Under the pieces are notes generated by a model. That model ran no database searches and was not told the origin of the DNA. It saw only the letters and a program-made list of their open reading frames with translations. The position numbers and the translations under genes are program-made. Below are positions 24,863 through 33,505 of a stretch of DNA of 43,347 bases, one piece after another (the first letter of the stretch is position 1; each line of letters starts with the position of its first letter). This DNA is from Candidatus Bathyarchaeia archaeon (lineage in GTDB: Archaea; Thermoproteota; Bathyarchaeia; TCS64): positions 1-43,347 of the forward strand of contig JBGPRA010000001.1 in NCBI GenBank assembly GCA_041489375.1. Reading direction: 5' to 3'.

Positions 24863-25363
24863 CTATTGAAGCTTCCCCTTGCCGGGAATTGCGAGGGACA
24901 TGACCCAAGCGTCCTCACCGTCGAGGTAGTACCCGTAATTTCTTTTTGTCTTTGTGAAGCTAAGCCTCTCATAGAGCTTTATTGCGGGGTCGTTCCCGAC
25001 GCGTACTTCTAGGTAGCACTCCGTCGCATCGTAAGCGACTGCACCCCTCTGCATAACCTCAAGCATCAATGCCTTTGCGATTCCCCTGCGTCTGTATTGC
25101 TCGCGAACAGCTATAGAGACGACGTGCATTAGGCGAGCAGGGCTTAGGCTTCGGAGCTTACTGAAGCCCCTCTCGACGCGGCACATTATGTAGCCCTGAA
25201 TGTCACTGTCCGCCTCAGCAACGATAAAAGTCTCCGGGAATCTACTGTAAAGCTCTCTATAGAAGCTGGTGCTGTAGTTTTCGGGGAGGCACTCGAAGTT
25301 AATAGCCATCACTCTATTCAGGTCTTCTCCCTGGAACATCCTGAGATTAAAACCTAGACTCAT
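24863..25363 (-). CDS. rimI: RimI/Ard1-type N-acetyltransferase
   Basis: GNAT motif A: VSIAVREQYRRRGIAKALMLEV. I prefer the ATG at 25363 (MSLGFNL) to the GTG at 25381. Confidence 0.75.
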   Translation of the reverse strand: MSLGFNLRMFQGEDLNRVMAINFECLPENYSTSFYRELYSRFPETFIVAEADSDIQGYIMCRVERGFSKLRSLSPARLMHVVSIAVREQYRRRGIAKALMLEVMQRGAVAYDATECYLEVRVGNDPAIKLYERLSFTKTKRNYGYYLDGEDAWVMSLAIPGKGKLQ

Positions 25364-25445
25364 CCCCGGTTCTCCTTTCACTCGGAGAACCGCATAGATT
25401 TAAACGCGTCGAATTCATCACCAAGCCTTTTTATGGGTCACTCAC

Positions 25446-26582
25446 TTGAGGTGTTTAGAGAACTTGTCAACTGACTTCCTCGTAAACGCAGAGGTCGATG
25501 GACTCATCGAGTCCCTCTTCGTCGTCGAGGAGCGTTTTCTAGATGGGGAGACCCAGAACTTCATAGTCTCACAGAAGACTCAGGGGGACAAGCAGCTTAT
25601 ACTTAAGGCTGCCTTCAGGAACCTCGCGGATAAACTCAGGCAGAGAGGCTACCTCGCTGAGTTCAGGTGGATAGTGGGGAGATATTACGTGACTCTAACC
25701 CCAAAGCCGTCCGAGAAGAAGAGAAGCAGTACCCGGAACCGCTTGCTATTCGCTGCTACGGTAGTCACAGTCTTCATAGACGGGTACCTTCGTAGCAACA
25801 ACCCAGTGCTCACGCAATCCCTTATGCCAGGTACCCCCGTCTTCCTTAATGCGCTGATTTTTACACTCGGCATCGTTGCGGTTTTTGGGGTCCACGAGAT
25901 GGGTCACAAACTGGTCTCGGAGAGGCGGGGGATAAGGGCATCTTGGCCATTTTTCATCCCTGCACCGCCCGGATTGGGGGGTACCTTCGGTGCTGTAATC
26001 AGCCAAGACGAGCCCCCCACGAATAGGGACGACCTCTTCGACCTTGGGATTGCTGGGCCTTTCTTTGGCTTCTTCGCCTCAATAGTTATCGGTATAGTCG
26101 GTATTTGGCTCTCCTTTACAGTCCAAGTTGACCAGGTAGCCAATTGGGCTATGTCTTACCCGGAGATAAGGTTCCAGCAGATACCCATGCCGGTAATGCT
26201 ACAGATCGTCTCCGACATTATCAGGCCGGCTGAGAAGGAAAGCGTCCTCGTCCTCCATCCCCTGGCATTCGCCGCCTGGGTTGGTTTCCTAGTCACATTC
26301 GTGAATCTCATACCGAGCTGGCAACTTGACGGCGGTCACATAATAAGGGCCTTATTCGGGCGGGAGACCCATAAGATCATCTCGATAACTGGGATATTCC
26401 TACTAATGATTTCTGGGTATGTCATTATGGCGGTTATAATAGCCTTCTTCCTGATGCGTGAGGGGACAGAGTCAATGACTCCCCTCGACGACGTCTCACC
26501 GACAAGTCTGAGACGGAAGCTGGGGCTTGTAGGCTACGTGGTTCTCATGGGGCTTTCGTTAGTGGCACTCTTTCAAGTTTAG
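25446..26582 (+). CDS. Site-2 protease (peptidase M50) family intramembrane metalloprotease
   Basis: HEMGHKL (HExxH) within a TM helix and NLIPSWQLDGGH (NxxPxxxLDG). Multiple TM spans. Confidence 0.8.
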   Translation: MRCLENLSTDFLVNAEVDGLIESLFVVEERFLDGETQNFIVSQKTQGDKQLILKAAFRNLADKLRQRGYLAEFRWIVGRYYVTLTPKPSEKKRSSTRNRLLFAATVVTVFIDGYLRSNNPVLTQSLMPGTPVFLNALIFTLGIVAVFGVHEMGHKLVSERRGIRASWPFFIPAPPGLGGTFGAVISQDEPPTNRDDLFDLGIAGPFFGFFASIVIGIVGIWLSFTVQVDQVANWAMSYPEIRFQQIPMPVMLQIVSDIIRPAEKESVLVLHPLAFAAWVGFLVTFVNLIPSWQLDGGHIIRALFGRETHKIISITGIFLLMISGYVIMAVIIAFFLMREGTESMTPLDDVSPTSLRRKLGLVGYVVLMGLSLVALFQV

Positions 26583-27817
26583 GTACTAGAGGGTATAGTC
26601 GAGCACCCGTAGGGGATGACGAGTGTCCGCCTTCCCCTCCTTCCGTCCACTGCGTTCTCATAGGCGTCATTAGCGGTCCTAGCGACAGAAATTCCAAGTG
26701 GTTCAACCATGTACTTTGGGAGGCTAGAAACTAGGTAGACCTGACACTTCGCGGTTGCAGCTTTGACTACCTGCAGTGCTTCAACCCCGAGGGCATACCT
26801 TCTCTCTAATTCTGACTGCTGCCCTATGTGTGCGAGGGTTGTGAAGGACTCGGCCCCGAGCCCCTCGGGGCACTCAGCGAGAAGGATGATTGCGCCTCCC
26901 TTCTTCGCGAGTTGTGCGGGCCCCTGAAGCGCCCAAGCAGCTGAGTAGAGGTCGAAGTCGTGCTTCGAGCCTCCTGCACTTACAACAACGATGTCGGCGC
27001 CAACTTCGGCATTGACTTGGTAACTTGCGCCGAGGGCGTAGATTGCTTGCCCCCATGTATCCTCGAGGGCTCCGGTAAATGCCGCGAGGAGTTTGCCATG
27101 CGTATTGGGGACAAGTTGGACTGCGAGGTCGCATCCGGTGAGTTTTATAGCTTCAAGAACATCCTCCTTCAGCGAATTCAACTCGATGACGCCTGGCTTG
27201 ACCTCACTCTTGAGGACAAGTTTCCTGTTTACCTCAACGGTAGATGGGGAAGCGAGGCCTGGGATAATTGCCGTATGCGCACCACGGAATCCGGTGTAGC
27301 TATCCACCTCAACCTCACCGACAGCGATCTTCAGCTTCGCCTCTGCGTAAACCTTGTTTATTGAGAGAGGCGTCTTCAGACGGGTTTCCCCCATGTTGGA
27401 GAGTTCTGTCGTATACCGCGTGTGCTCAACAAGGTTGACGCCCTTTAACTCCTCCGACGCTTTCAGCGCTTTGATGAGTTCATTGTTACTCCGTTCCCTA
27501 ACCCCGTTAGCGACGATGACTGTTATCTTTTCCTTCGGGATGATGAGGTTGACTAATTGGGTAACGATGGGGGCGAGAACCGCTATGGCGTTTACGGGCC
27601 TAGTTGTTCCCTCAACTGCTATTGCGACAGTGCAATCAAGCCCTACAAGTTCTTCGAGTTTCTTCGAGCCACGAGGCTCGCTAAGTGCATTGCTGACGAC
27701 TTCCTTCGGGGGCAACAGGGGCTCTTGTCGCGTCGGCTCTGCGACGCTCAAGAGGTCTTTCATGTCGATTGTGACGTATACTTCGGTGTTACCGTAGGGG
27801 AGCCAGCATTCAACCAA
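26579..27817 (-). CDS. LarA-like (DUF2088) lactate-racemase-family protein
   Basis: 412 aa. The N-terminus WLPYGNTEVYVTIDMKDLL and the overall length fit the LarA N-terminal domain family. Catalytic residues were not verified. Confidence 0.65.
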   Translation of the reverse strand: MVECWLPYGNTEVYVTIDMKDLLSVAEPTRQEPLLPPKEVVSNALSEPRGSKKLEELVGLDCTVAIAVEGTTRPVNAIAVLAPIVTQLVNLIIPKEKITVIVANGVRERSNNELIKALKASEELKGVNLVEHTRYTTELSNMGETRLKTPLSINKVYAEAKLKIAVGEVEVDSYTGFRGAHTAIIPGLASPSTVEVNRKLVLKSEVKPGVIELNSLKEDVLEAIKLTGCDLAVQLVPNTHGKLLAAFTGALEDTWGQAIYALGASYQVNAEVGADIVVVSAGGSKHDFDLYSAAWALQGPAQLAKKGGAIILLAECPEGLGAESFTTLAHIGQQSELERRYALGVEALQVVKAATAKCQVYLVSSLPKYMVEPLGISVARTANDAYENAVDGRRGRRTLVIPYGCSTIPSST

Positions 27818-27955
27818 GTAGATTCAAGAAGATATACTGACTCGAGTTTCTTATTTCTTAGGGTAGCGCTCGCGTTGGGTCTTAATGTACTTGGGTTAAC
27901 CACACTAAAGCGATTGATGCCCCTCGCGATTTTACATAAGTAAAGCAAGCATATT

Positions 27956-29245
27956 TCACCCCTGATGCTCTCTCCGGTACTTCTTAACGATGTAGATTAG
28001 GCTCTGACCACCAATTTTTCTCTCCTCAACTATCCCAGCGTCGATTAATCGGCGGATCATCCTCCAAGCACTTGTGCGAGGGATTTCAAAACGGTCCCTG
28101 ATCTCATTAGCAAATGCCTCCCCGCTATGCTCTGTGAGGAACCTCAGTACCTCCTTGTCGTCGATTCGAAGACCCGGATTCTTCTGGAATATCATGTCCA
28201 GATCAACATGTGAGTCGTCCATCTCCTTGGGCAAGGGTTGGGGTGGAGGCAACTTCTTCCCGCGCCTCTTGTATATTATTACGCCCCCTGTGATGGCTAG
28301 TATTGCCACGATGCCTACTGTGATGAGAAGGAAGTTGTTTGAGACAGACTGTGAGTTTACAGCTGTGTCATATGCTTGATCAGCGCTAGTTTTCGCCTTA
28401 GCGTAATCACCTACAGTATAGGAGCTCTGGGCATTCGCTACGAGGGCATCGGCTACAGCAGTATTTGAGTTTCTGCCCTCGTTCTTCGCTGTTTGGATAG
28501 CAGTCGTAGCGCGTTGTATTGCCAAATTTGCTGCTTGTGCTTGAATTTCTGCGTCGAGAGCAGATGATTTCGCTTGTCCTGCAAGCTGTTCAGTTTTAAG
28601 ATAGTCACCTGAGTTGAAAGCTGTATTCGCCTGTGCGAGCAGATTGTCGGCCTCAGTTGTTAACACCCCCTTCGCTTTTATGGTTGTAAGAGATTCCTCC
28701 GCGTCAATAATCACAGATTTAGCGTGTTCCTTTGTACCCACTCCGGATATCACATAGGAGATGGAGTCATCCCCGGGAGGCATCGTCACCTGAGTTCGTC
28801 CGTCTACTGTCGATACATCGAGTGGCATCTGGCTCATGCTCACTATGGTTGCTCCTGAGGGGAGCGTTACCACTAAGTTCGTTGGAGAGGTCACATTAAA
28901 GGTCCAAAAGTTACCAACCTTCGAGGTGAGTTCCTGGGTTGAGTAAGTGATGGTGATTTTAGAGCTTCCTAATGTGTCGATTATTACAGAGGAATCAATC
29001 TGGGTCATCACTAGAGGGAAGCCGTTTTGATTCACCACCAAGAGATCAGTAAACGACGAGGAAAATAGGGGAATAGTGACCTTGACAGCCATTATGTCAA
29101 CTTCTACGTTGTACTCAACGCCTATGACGCCGTCGACGTATATCGTCGCGGTGAGGCTGGTTGGCGTATAATCAGCAGAGTGAATGTAGGGCACCGATGA
29201 CGAAACAATGATTAACACAAGAAGTGTGCCCAAACCGATACGCAT
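27956..29245 (-). CDS. Type I membrane protein: extracellular beta-rich plus helical-repeat domain, single TM, cytoplasmic winged-helix DNA-binding domain
   Basis: Signal-like N-terminus MRIGLGTLLVLIIVSSSVPYIHSA. Two repeats of A..L.A.A..(F/Y)..GDY..A. TM helix FLLITVGIVAILAITGGVIIY followed by KRRGKK. C-terminal wHTH: VLRFLTEHSGEAFANEIRDRFEIPRTSAWRMIRRLIDAGIVEERKIGGQSLIYI. Confidence 0.6.
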   Translation of the reverse strand: MRIGLGTLLVLIIVSSSVPYIHSADYTPTSLTATIYVDGVIGVEYNVEVDIMAVKVTIPLFSSSFTDLLVVNQNGFPLVMTQIDSSVIIDTLGSSKITITYSTQELTSKVGNFWTFNVTSPTNLVVTLPSGATIVSMSQMPLDVSTVDGRTQVTMPPGDDSISYVISGVGTKEHAKSVIIDAEESLTTIKAKGVLTTEADNLLAQANTAFNSGDYLKTEQLAGQAKSSALDAEIQAQAANLAIQRATTAIQTAKNEGRNSNTAVADALVANAQSSYTVGDYAKAKTSADQAYDTAVNSQSVSNNFLLITVGIVAILAITGGVIIYKRRGKKLPPPQPLPKEMDDSHVDLDMIFQKNPGLRIDDKEVLRFLTEHSGEAFANEIRDRFEIPRTSAWRMIRRLIDAGIVEERKIGGQSLIYIVKKYRREHQG

Positions 29246-29471
29246 AAGGAATCAACTGGGATTATGTCTTGTTGGATAAAAACTTGACAGAATCTGAGTC
29301 TATAAAGTAGCAAGTTTATCCAATTAGAATCACTGACGATTAATGATACGTTGTTTTAATTTATCAAACCAGCTCAATTCACCGAGATGTTACGATATCT
29401 ACATCAAAGAGATTATAGCGAAACCTACAACAAGCTGATCTAGGTTTACATAATATCGGCGCAGGGGTTTT

Positions 29472-30017
29472 TTAGAAAATTGTGAATTTCTCCTTCTTCG
29501 CCTTACAGACTGGGCACTGGTCTGGGATCTCCCCCTCCGTTGTCCAGCCACAGACTTCGCAGACCCCAATTTGCGTAAAATCAGCGTCTCTCTTCTGTTC
29601 CGCCGCTTCTTTAGCACGCACATAGAGCCCTGCATGAGTCTTCTCTGCTTCCAATGCGTATCGGAACGTGATTTCTGCACCATATTCTTTCTGATCCTTC
29701 GCAACCGCTATGTAGGCAGGGTACATCTCCTCTACCTCGTGGTGTTCACCATCGATGCCATGCTGGAGGTCCTCGACTGTGGATCGACTTCCGAATAGTG
29801 CACCACCGAAGGTCGTCTGCGACCCCTTCGTCATAATATTCCGATAATGGTTACCTGCGTGTATCCTCTCGGCATAGGCTACAGCTGTGAAGAGGCGGCT
29901 TATGTTTGAATACCCAACTTCCTTAACCCTTTTTGCGAAGATTAGGTACCGCATGTGGGCTTGGCTCTCGCCAGAGAAGGCGCTTATTAGGTTCATTTCC
30001 GTCATTGATCTGACCAT
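29472..30017 (-). CDS. rbr: Rubrerythrin
   Basis: Di-iron ExxH motifs (ESQAHMRY, EAEKTHAGLY) plus a C-terminal rubredoxin-like CEVCGW...CPVCKA. Confidence 0.9.
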   Translation of the reverse strand: MVRSMTEMNLISAFSGESQAHMRYLIFAKRVKEVGYSNISRLFTAVAYAERIHAGNHYRNIMTKGSQTTFGGALFGSRSTVEDLQHGIDGEHHEVEEMYPAYIAVAKDQKEYGAEITFRYALEAEKTHAGLYVRAKEAAEQKRDADFTQIGVCEVCGWTTEGEIPDQCPVCKAKKEKFTIF

Positions 30018-30143
30018 AATTATCTCCTAAATGATACCCTACGAGTGGCGGTTTTTATTCGTTTCCAAGTTGCAACAAGGTGGTTATTTATTAGTTGAGT
30101 TTTTTTTAGGCGGCTTCCAGCTTTTATTCTCTCGAGTCGAATC

Positions 30144-31034
30144 ATGGTCGTGGAGCCCATCGCTGTCGTAGGCCACGTCGCTATAGATAGGATCATAACA
30201 TGCAGCGGGGAGAGGCTGCAGCTTGGCGGGCCACCGACATATGTGTCGCTTATCACTCATCTTCTAGGAGGATCACTGACAACAGTGACGAAGGTTGGTG
30301 GTGATTTCCCTAAGTCATATGCCTCTGAGTTGGCGTCGAGAGGACTTGACATACGTGACTTCATCGTACCCACAGCGAAGACTACGCGATTTGTTCTTGA
30401 CTATACGAGAACAGAGAGAGGGCTCGGCTTCGACAGTATATGTGATCCAATCAATCCCGGTGACGTCATTGAGCTTCCCGAAGCCGTGATCCTTGCCCCG
30501 ATAGTACAAGAGGTACCGAAGGAAACGTTAACGGCGTTGGATTCTCCCGTTCTCGCCCTCGATCCTCAAGGTTTCGTGAGGAAATTGGAACCGGGAGGTT
30601 CGATAAGCCTTCACCCCTGGCTGGACCTCGATCTACTTCACCGCGTATCAGTGTTCAAGGCATCTGAGAGAGAATTGAGACTCATTGCTGGTGTGGAGGG
30701 ATGGGAAGGTCTTGAGAGGCTCGTTAAACTCGGTATAGAGGTCGTTATCGAAACACGTGGACGCGAAGGTGCTCGCATTCAATACAAGGACAAGAGAATC
30801 ATCGTCCCAGCTCACTTAGGCGATACGGTCGACATGACGGGGGCAGGGGACGCTTTCATCGCGGGCTTTTTTAGCGATTACGCTTCAGGGGAAGATGTTG
30901 AGTGGTGCGGTGCTTTGGGCTCCGCATCAGCTTCCGCGGTAGTCGAGACGGTTGGACCTAGCATCAAGATAAGTAAAAGCGAACTTTTTGAGAGGGTGGA
31001 GAAAGTAAGGGAGAGGGTAACTCGTTTAACCTAG
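30144..31034 (+). CDS. PfkB-family carbohydrate/nucleoside kinase
   Basis: N-terminal VVGHVAIDRI...GGPPTYV and the C-terminal anion-hole motif DMTGAGDAFIAGF. Confidence 0.8.
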   Translation: MVVEPIAVVGHVAIDRIITCSGERLQLGGPPTYVSLITHLLGGSLTTVTKVGGDFPKSYASELASRGLDIRDFIVPTAKTTRFVLDYTRTERGLGFDSICDPINPGDVIELPEAVILAPIVQEVPKETLTALDSPVLALDPQGFVRKLEPGGSISLHPWLDLDLLHRVSVFKASERELRLIAGVEGWEGLERLVKLGIEVVIETRGREGARIQYKDKRIIVPAHLGDTVDMTGAGDAFIAGFFSDYASGEDVEWCGALGSASASAVVETVGPSIKISKSELFERVEKVRERVTRLT

Positions 31035-31433
31035 TATTCTCTTGGATGTAAAGTAAACGACTACAGCAGCTACTAGACCGACTCCCCAGAGGCCATAGTA
31101 TTTGTAATCTAGGTAGGGATCGTTTGCTCCTTTCCTTTGTGAATCGCTGAAACTATAGTCAATATTGGGTTCCGCCGTAGGTCCTCTATCTGTCTTCGCG
31201 ATGTCCTCCGTTGTATTTGTTGACGATGGTTGACTTATCAGGCCTGTCGTATTCGTCGTGGTTTTGTTCGGAATCGACTGGGTGCCGCCTGTCTGAAGTG
31301 AGAAGGTCTGATTTACGGTTAATGATGCAATATTGGATAACTGACCTGGGAGCATACCGACTAGCATTACTCCTATGATTACTGCAAGCATCGCGTATAC
31401 TCCATTTCTCATAGCGGTCAACCTATGATTCAT
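31026..31433 (-). CDS. Hypothetical membrane protein with a Thr/Ser-rich exposed segment
   Basis: N-terminal TM (VYAMLAVIIGVMLVGML), a T/S/N-rich middle and a C-terminal TM (YGLWGVGLVAAVVVYF). Lies directly downstream of the wHTH-TM gene. Confidence 0.4.
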   Translation of the reverse strand: MNHRLTAMRNGVYAMLAVIIGVMLVGMLPGQLSNIASLTVNQTFSLQTGGTQSIPNKTTTNTTGLISQPSSTNTTEDIAKTDRGPTAEPNIDYSFSDSQRKGANDPYLDYKYYGLWGVGLVAAVVVYFTSKRILG

Positions 31434-31487
31434 CCCCGGGACTCTTAATGCTAGACTTTCGAACAGCTGTTCTAACGTTAGAACGCC

Positions 31488-31922
31488 TCAACTCGGCTTC
31501 TCCCTCCAAATTTTAATGGTCTCGAACCAGAATAATGCGGTTGGGACTAAACCCATTACGAGGGTTGTCATGTACTCTCTCGTTGGGGAGAAGGGGAACA
31601 TTACGAGGAAAGTCACCAACATAGAGGTGACGAGGACAGCGTAGAAGAGGTAGCGTGGGAGCATGACTCCACCTAGGCTTACGAAGCTTCGTAGAACACC
31701 CACTTTTACCTCCTTAATGAGACGATAGTCCCCATAGGCGTTCTCGACGAGGCCAAGGTCTTGGAGTTTTTGGAGGTGGTAGGCTGCCACGCTGGGACTG
31801 CTAAAGCCTAGGGTACGCTGAACCTCGCGGACGCCCACCGTCTCATGCCCAGCCTTGAGGATGTGCATGTAGACTAGAAGCGTCTTCCCCTTGAGCTCCG
31901 ATTCTATGTGGGCGTCATCCAA
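31488..31922 (-). CDS. Membrane-anchored winged-helix (ArsR-like) regulator
   Basis: N-terminal wHTH: LLVYMHILKAGHETVGVREVQRTLGFSSPSVAAYHLQKLQDLGLVE. This is followed by hydrophobic spans MLPRYLFYAVLVTSMLVTFLVMF and LVMGLVPTALFWF. Confidence 0.6.
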   Translation of the reverse strand: MDDAHIESELKGKTLLVYMHILKAGHETVGVREVQRTLGFSSPSVAAYHLQKLQDLGLVENAYGDYRLIKEVKVGVLRSFVSLGGVMLPRYLFYAVLVTSMLVTFLVMFPFSPTREYMTTLVMGLVPTALFWFETIKIWREKPS

Positions 31923-31967
31923 ACGGCTTCACCTTGTAGGGAAAATGTTAGGAATTTAACATTGATG

Positions 31968-32819
31968 CTAGGTGAGGAGATTAATGATGGCGAGACTGGC
32001 GTGGACTGCCTCCTCTGTTCGGACTGTCTCGGTTCCTTGCTCGGGAATGGTATTGAGGATAAACTGGAAACAATCGGCTAGTTCCCTATGTTCATGGCGA
32101 AATATCTCCTGTATTCCATATCGTGGGCTACCGAAGGCGATTAGAATGCTTCGAGCCTTAGCTATCTGTGCCTTGAGATGCTCCTCCTCAGTAGCTACGG
32201 GTGTGCCGTTTCTACTTGTTGCTATATTGAGGTCATAGAAGGCTCCTGAAGTTAATTCGCTGAGGGTTTTCTTAGACGTCTGTATTTCGAAGCCCCAGTA
32301 TGTGGGTATCTCAATCTTCTTCGCCATCTCGCAGCGGGGTTCAGGGCCCACCTCGGTCACTTTTATTGTCACCCTACTCCCCCGGGAGGGTGCCTTCCCG
32401 AAAAAGCGTATTGGCCTCTCGACGCCTATATCGACTACATCAACTCCCTGCTGGTCGAGGAGAACGCCCTCGCGGAACTCCCCCACCTTCAGGTTGAGGG
32501 CATGGGCTTCAAGTTGGTGATGAGGAGTGCGTAAGGGTTGAAGGGTGCCCACATATTGAAGCTCGGGCCGAACCTTGTAGAGGTACTTTCTGAGGTACTG
32601 AGGGGTCTCAATATAGCCTAGGATAAGTTTTATAAGACTTGACTCATCGGGTTGGTCGGGGTAGATAACTATTTCATCTGCCCTGAATATTGCAGCGCTT
32701 CGAGCTAATCTGCCAATAACCTCTGTCTTGTCCCTAAGGTTTACGTACTCTGAAACGAGCGATGCAGGGACCGCTATAGAGAGTCTAATCCCTCGCCTGT
32801 TTGGGGTCAATCTTTTCAC
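31968..32819 (-). CDS. SPOUT-superfamily putative RNA methyltransferase (COG2106/DUF171 type)
   Basis: LSIAVPASLVSE...LRDKTEVIGRLARSAAIFRADEIVIY is the characteristic N-terminal block of this family. The GTG start overlaps the upstream gene by 35 nt. Confidence 0.7.
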   Translation of the reverse strand: MKRLTPNRRGIRLSIAVPASLVSEYVNLRDKTEVIGRLARSAAIFRADEIVIYPDQPDESSLIKLILGYIETPQYLRKYLYKVRPELQYVGTLQPLRTPHHQLEAHALNLKVGEFREGVLLDQQGVDVVDIGVERPIRFFGKAPSRGSRVTIKVTEVGPEPRCEMAKKIEIPTYWGFEIQTSKKTLSELTSGAFYDLNIATSRNGTPVATEEEHLKAQIAKARSILIAFGSPRYGIQEIFRHEHRELADCFQFILNTIPEQGTETVRTEEAVHASLAIINLLT

Positions 32820-33306
32820 CTACTTTCAACCGGGGCCACGCTTTCCAGCCCGTCTTTACAAAGCGCTCCCGCTTATCAACGTCGCGGAGAACCCACGCCA
32901 AGAAGCTGTCAAACCCCCGGAGCCTCTTAACCTGGTCTATTGTACCGACACCGAGGCGGCTTAGATACTTGATGTACTCCTCCTCGGCTAACTTTTGGGT
33001 TACACCTGTGATCTTGCTGGGAATGACCCTGTAGCCCTCGTTAGCGAGGGATTTCCTGACCTCAGATAGGATATAGCCAGTGCAGACGTGGACGGGCTCA
33101 TCCCTAGTGAGGTTGAGGGCCTCGGAACCCTCTTTCACTATTCGTAGAATGTGGGGGAGGTATGCTTTCTTTTTGAACGCGGACCCCTGGAATTCCGCGA
33201 TTGGGACCTCGCCAACGAACTTATCGTTCGTGCCAACGCGCCGCATTATAATGACGGCGCCGCCTACGAGGTCTCCCCACCCCGAGTCGTCCACCTCAAT
33301 AACCAT
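32785..33306 (-). CDS. Uncharacterised conserved protein, paralog 2 (RNase H/RuvC-like N-terminal strand)
   Basis: 173 aa with N-terminus VIEVDDSGWGDLVGGAVII. It aligns with 11800..12312 through VCTGYIL/VCKGDIL, GVTQKLAEEEYIKYLSRLG/GRAQELIEAAYINELKNLG and ERFVKTGW/VKWVKTGF. Confidence 0.6.
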   Translation of the reverse strand: MVIEVDDSGWGDLVGGAVIIMRRVGTNDKFVGEVPIAEFQGSAFKKKAYLPHILRIVKEGSEALNLTRDEPVHVCTGYILSEVRKSLANEGYRVIPSKITGVTQKLAEEEYIKYLSRLGVGTIDQVKRLRGFDSFLAWVLRDVDKRERFVKTGWKAWPRLKVGEKIDPKQARD

Positions 33307-33505
33307 CGATAACGCCCACGCTCAACTTACAACTTCACTCGTTAAAAGGCTGAGGAGAACAACCAGATCAGGTGATTTGTGAAGGTTTTGGTTTTGGAGA
33401 AGGCAAGACTAGGTGAAAGTTTTGGGGAGACTGCCCCTACCGGAGGGAAAAGGCGATTCGTGTCTGCGAGATCCTGATGTCGTAGGGTCTTTCCCGAACC
33501 TTCTT

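Noticed and set aside
25446-29245. A dedicated S2P-protease/membrane-regulator proteolysis module
   Set aside because: The protease and the 429-aa wHTH protein are on opposite strands and are separated by an unrelated LarA-like gene. The regulator has N-out/C-in topology, opposite to classical site-2 protease substrates. I keep it only as a weak hypothesis within the finding.
29399-29704. 101-aa Arg-rich ORF overlapping rubrerythrin
   Set aside because: It is on the same strand as the motif-rich rubrerythrin ORF but in a different frame, and its sequence is highly basic and low-complexity. It is a frame artefact.
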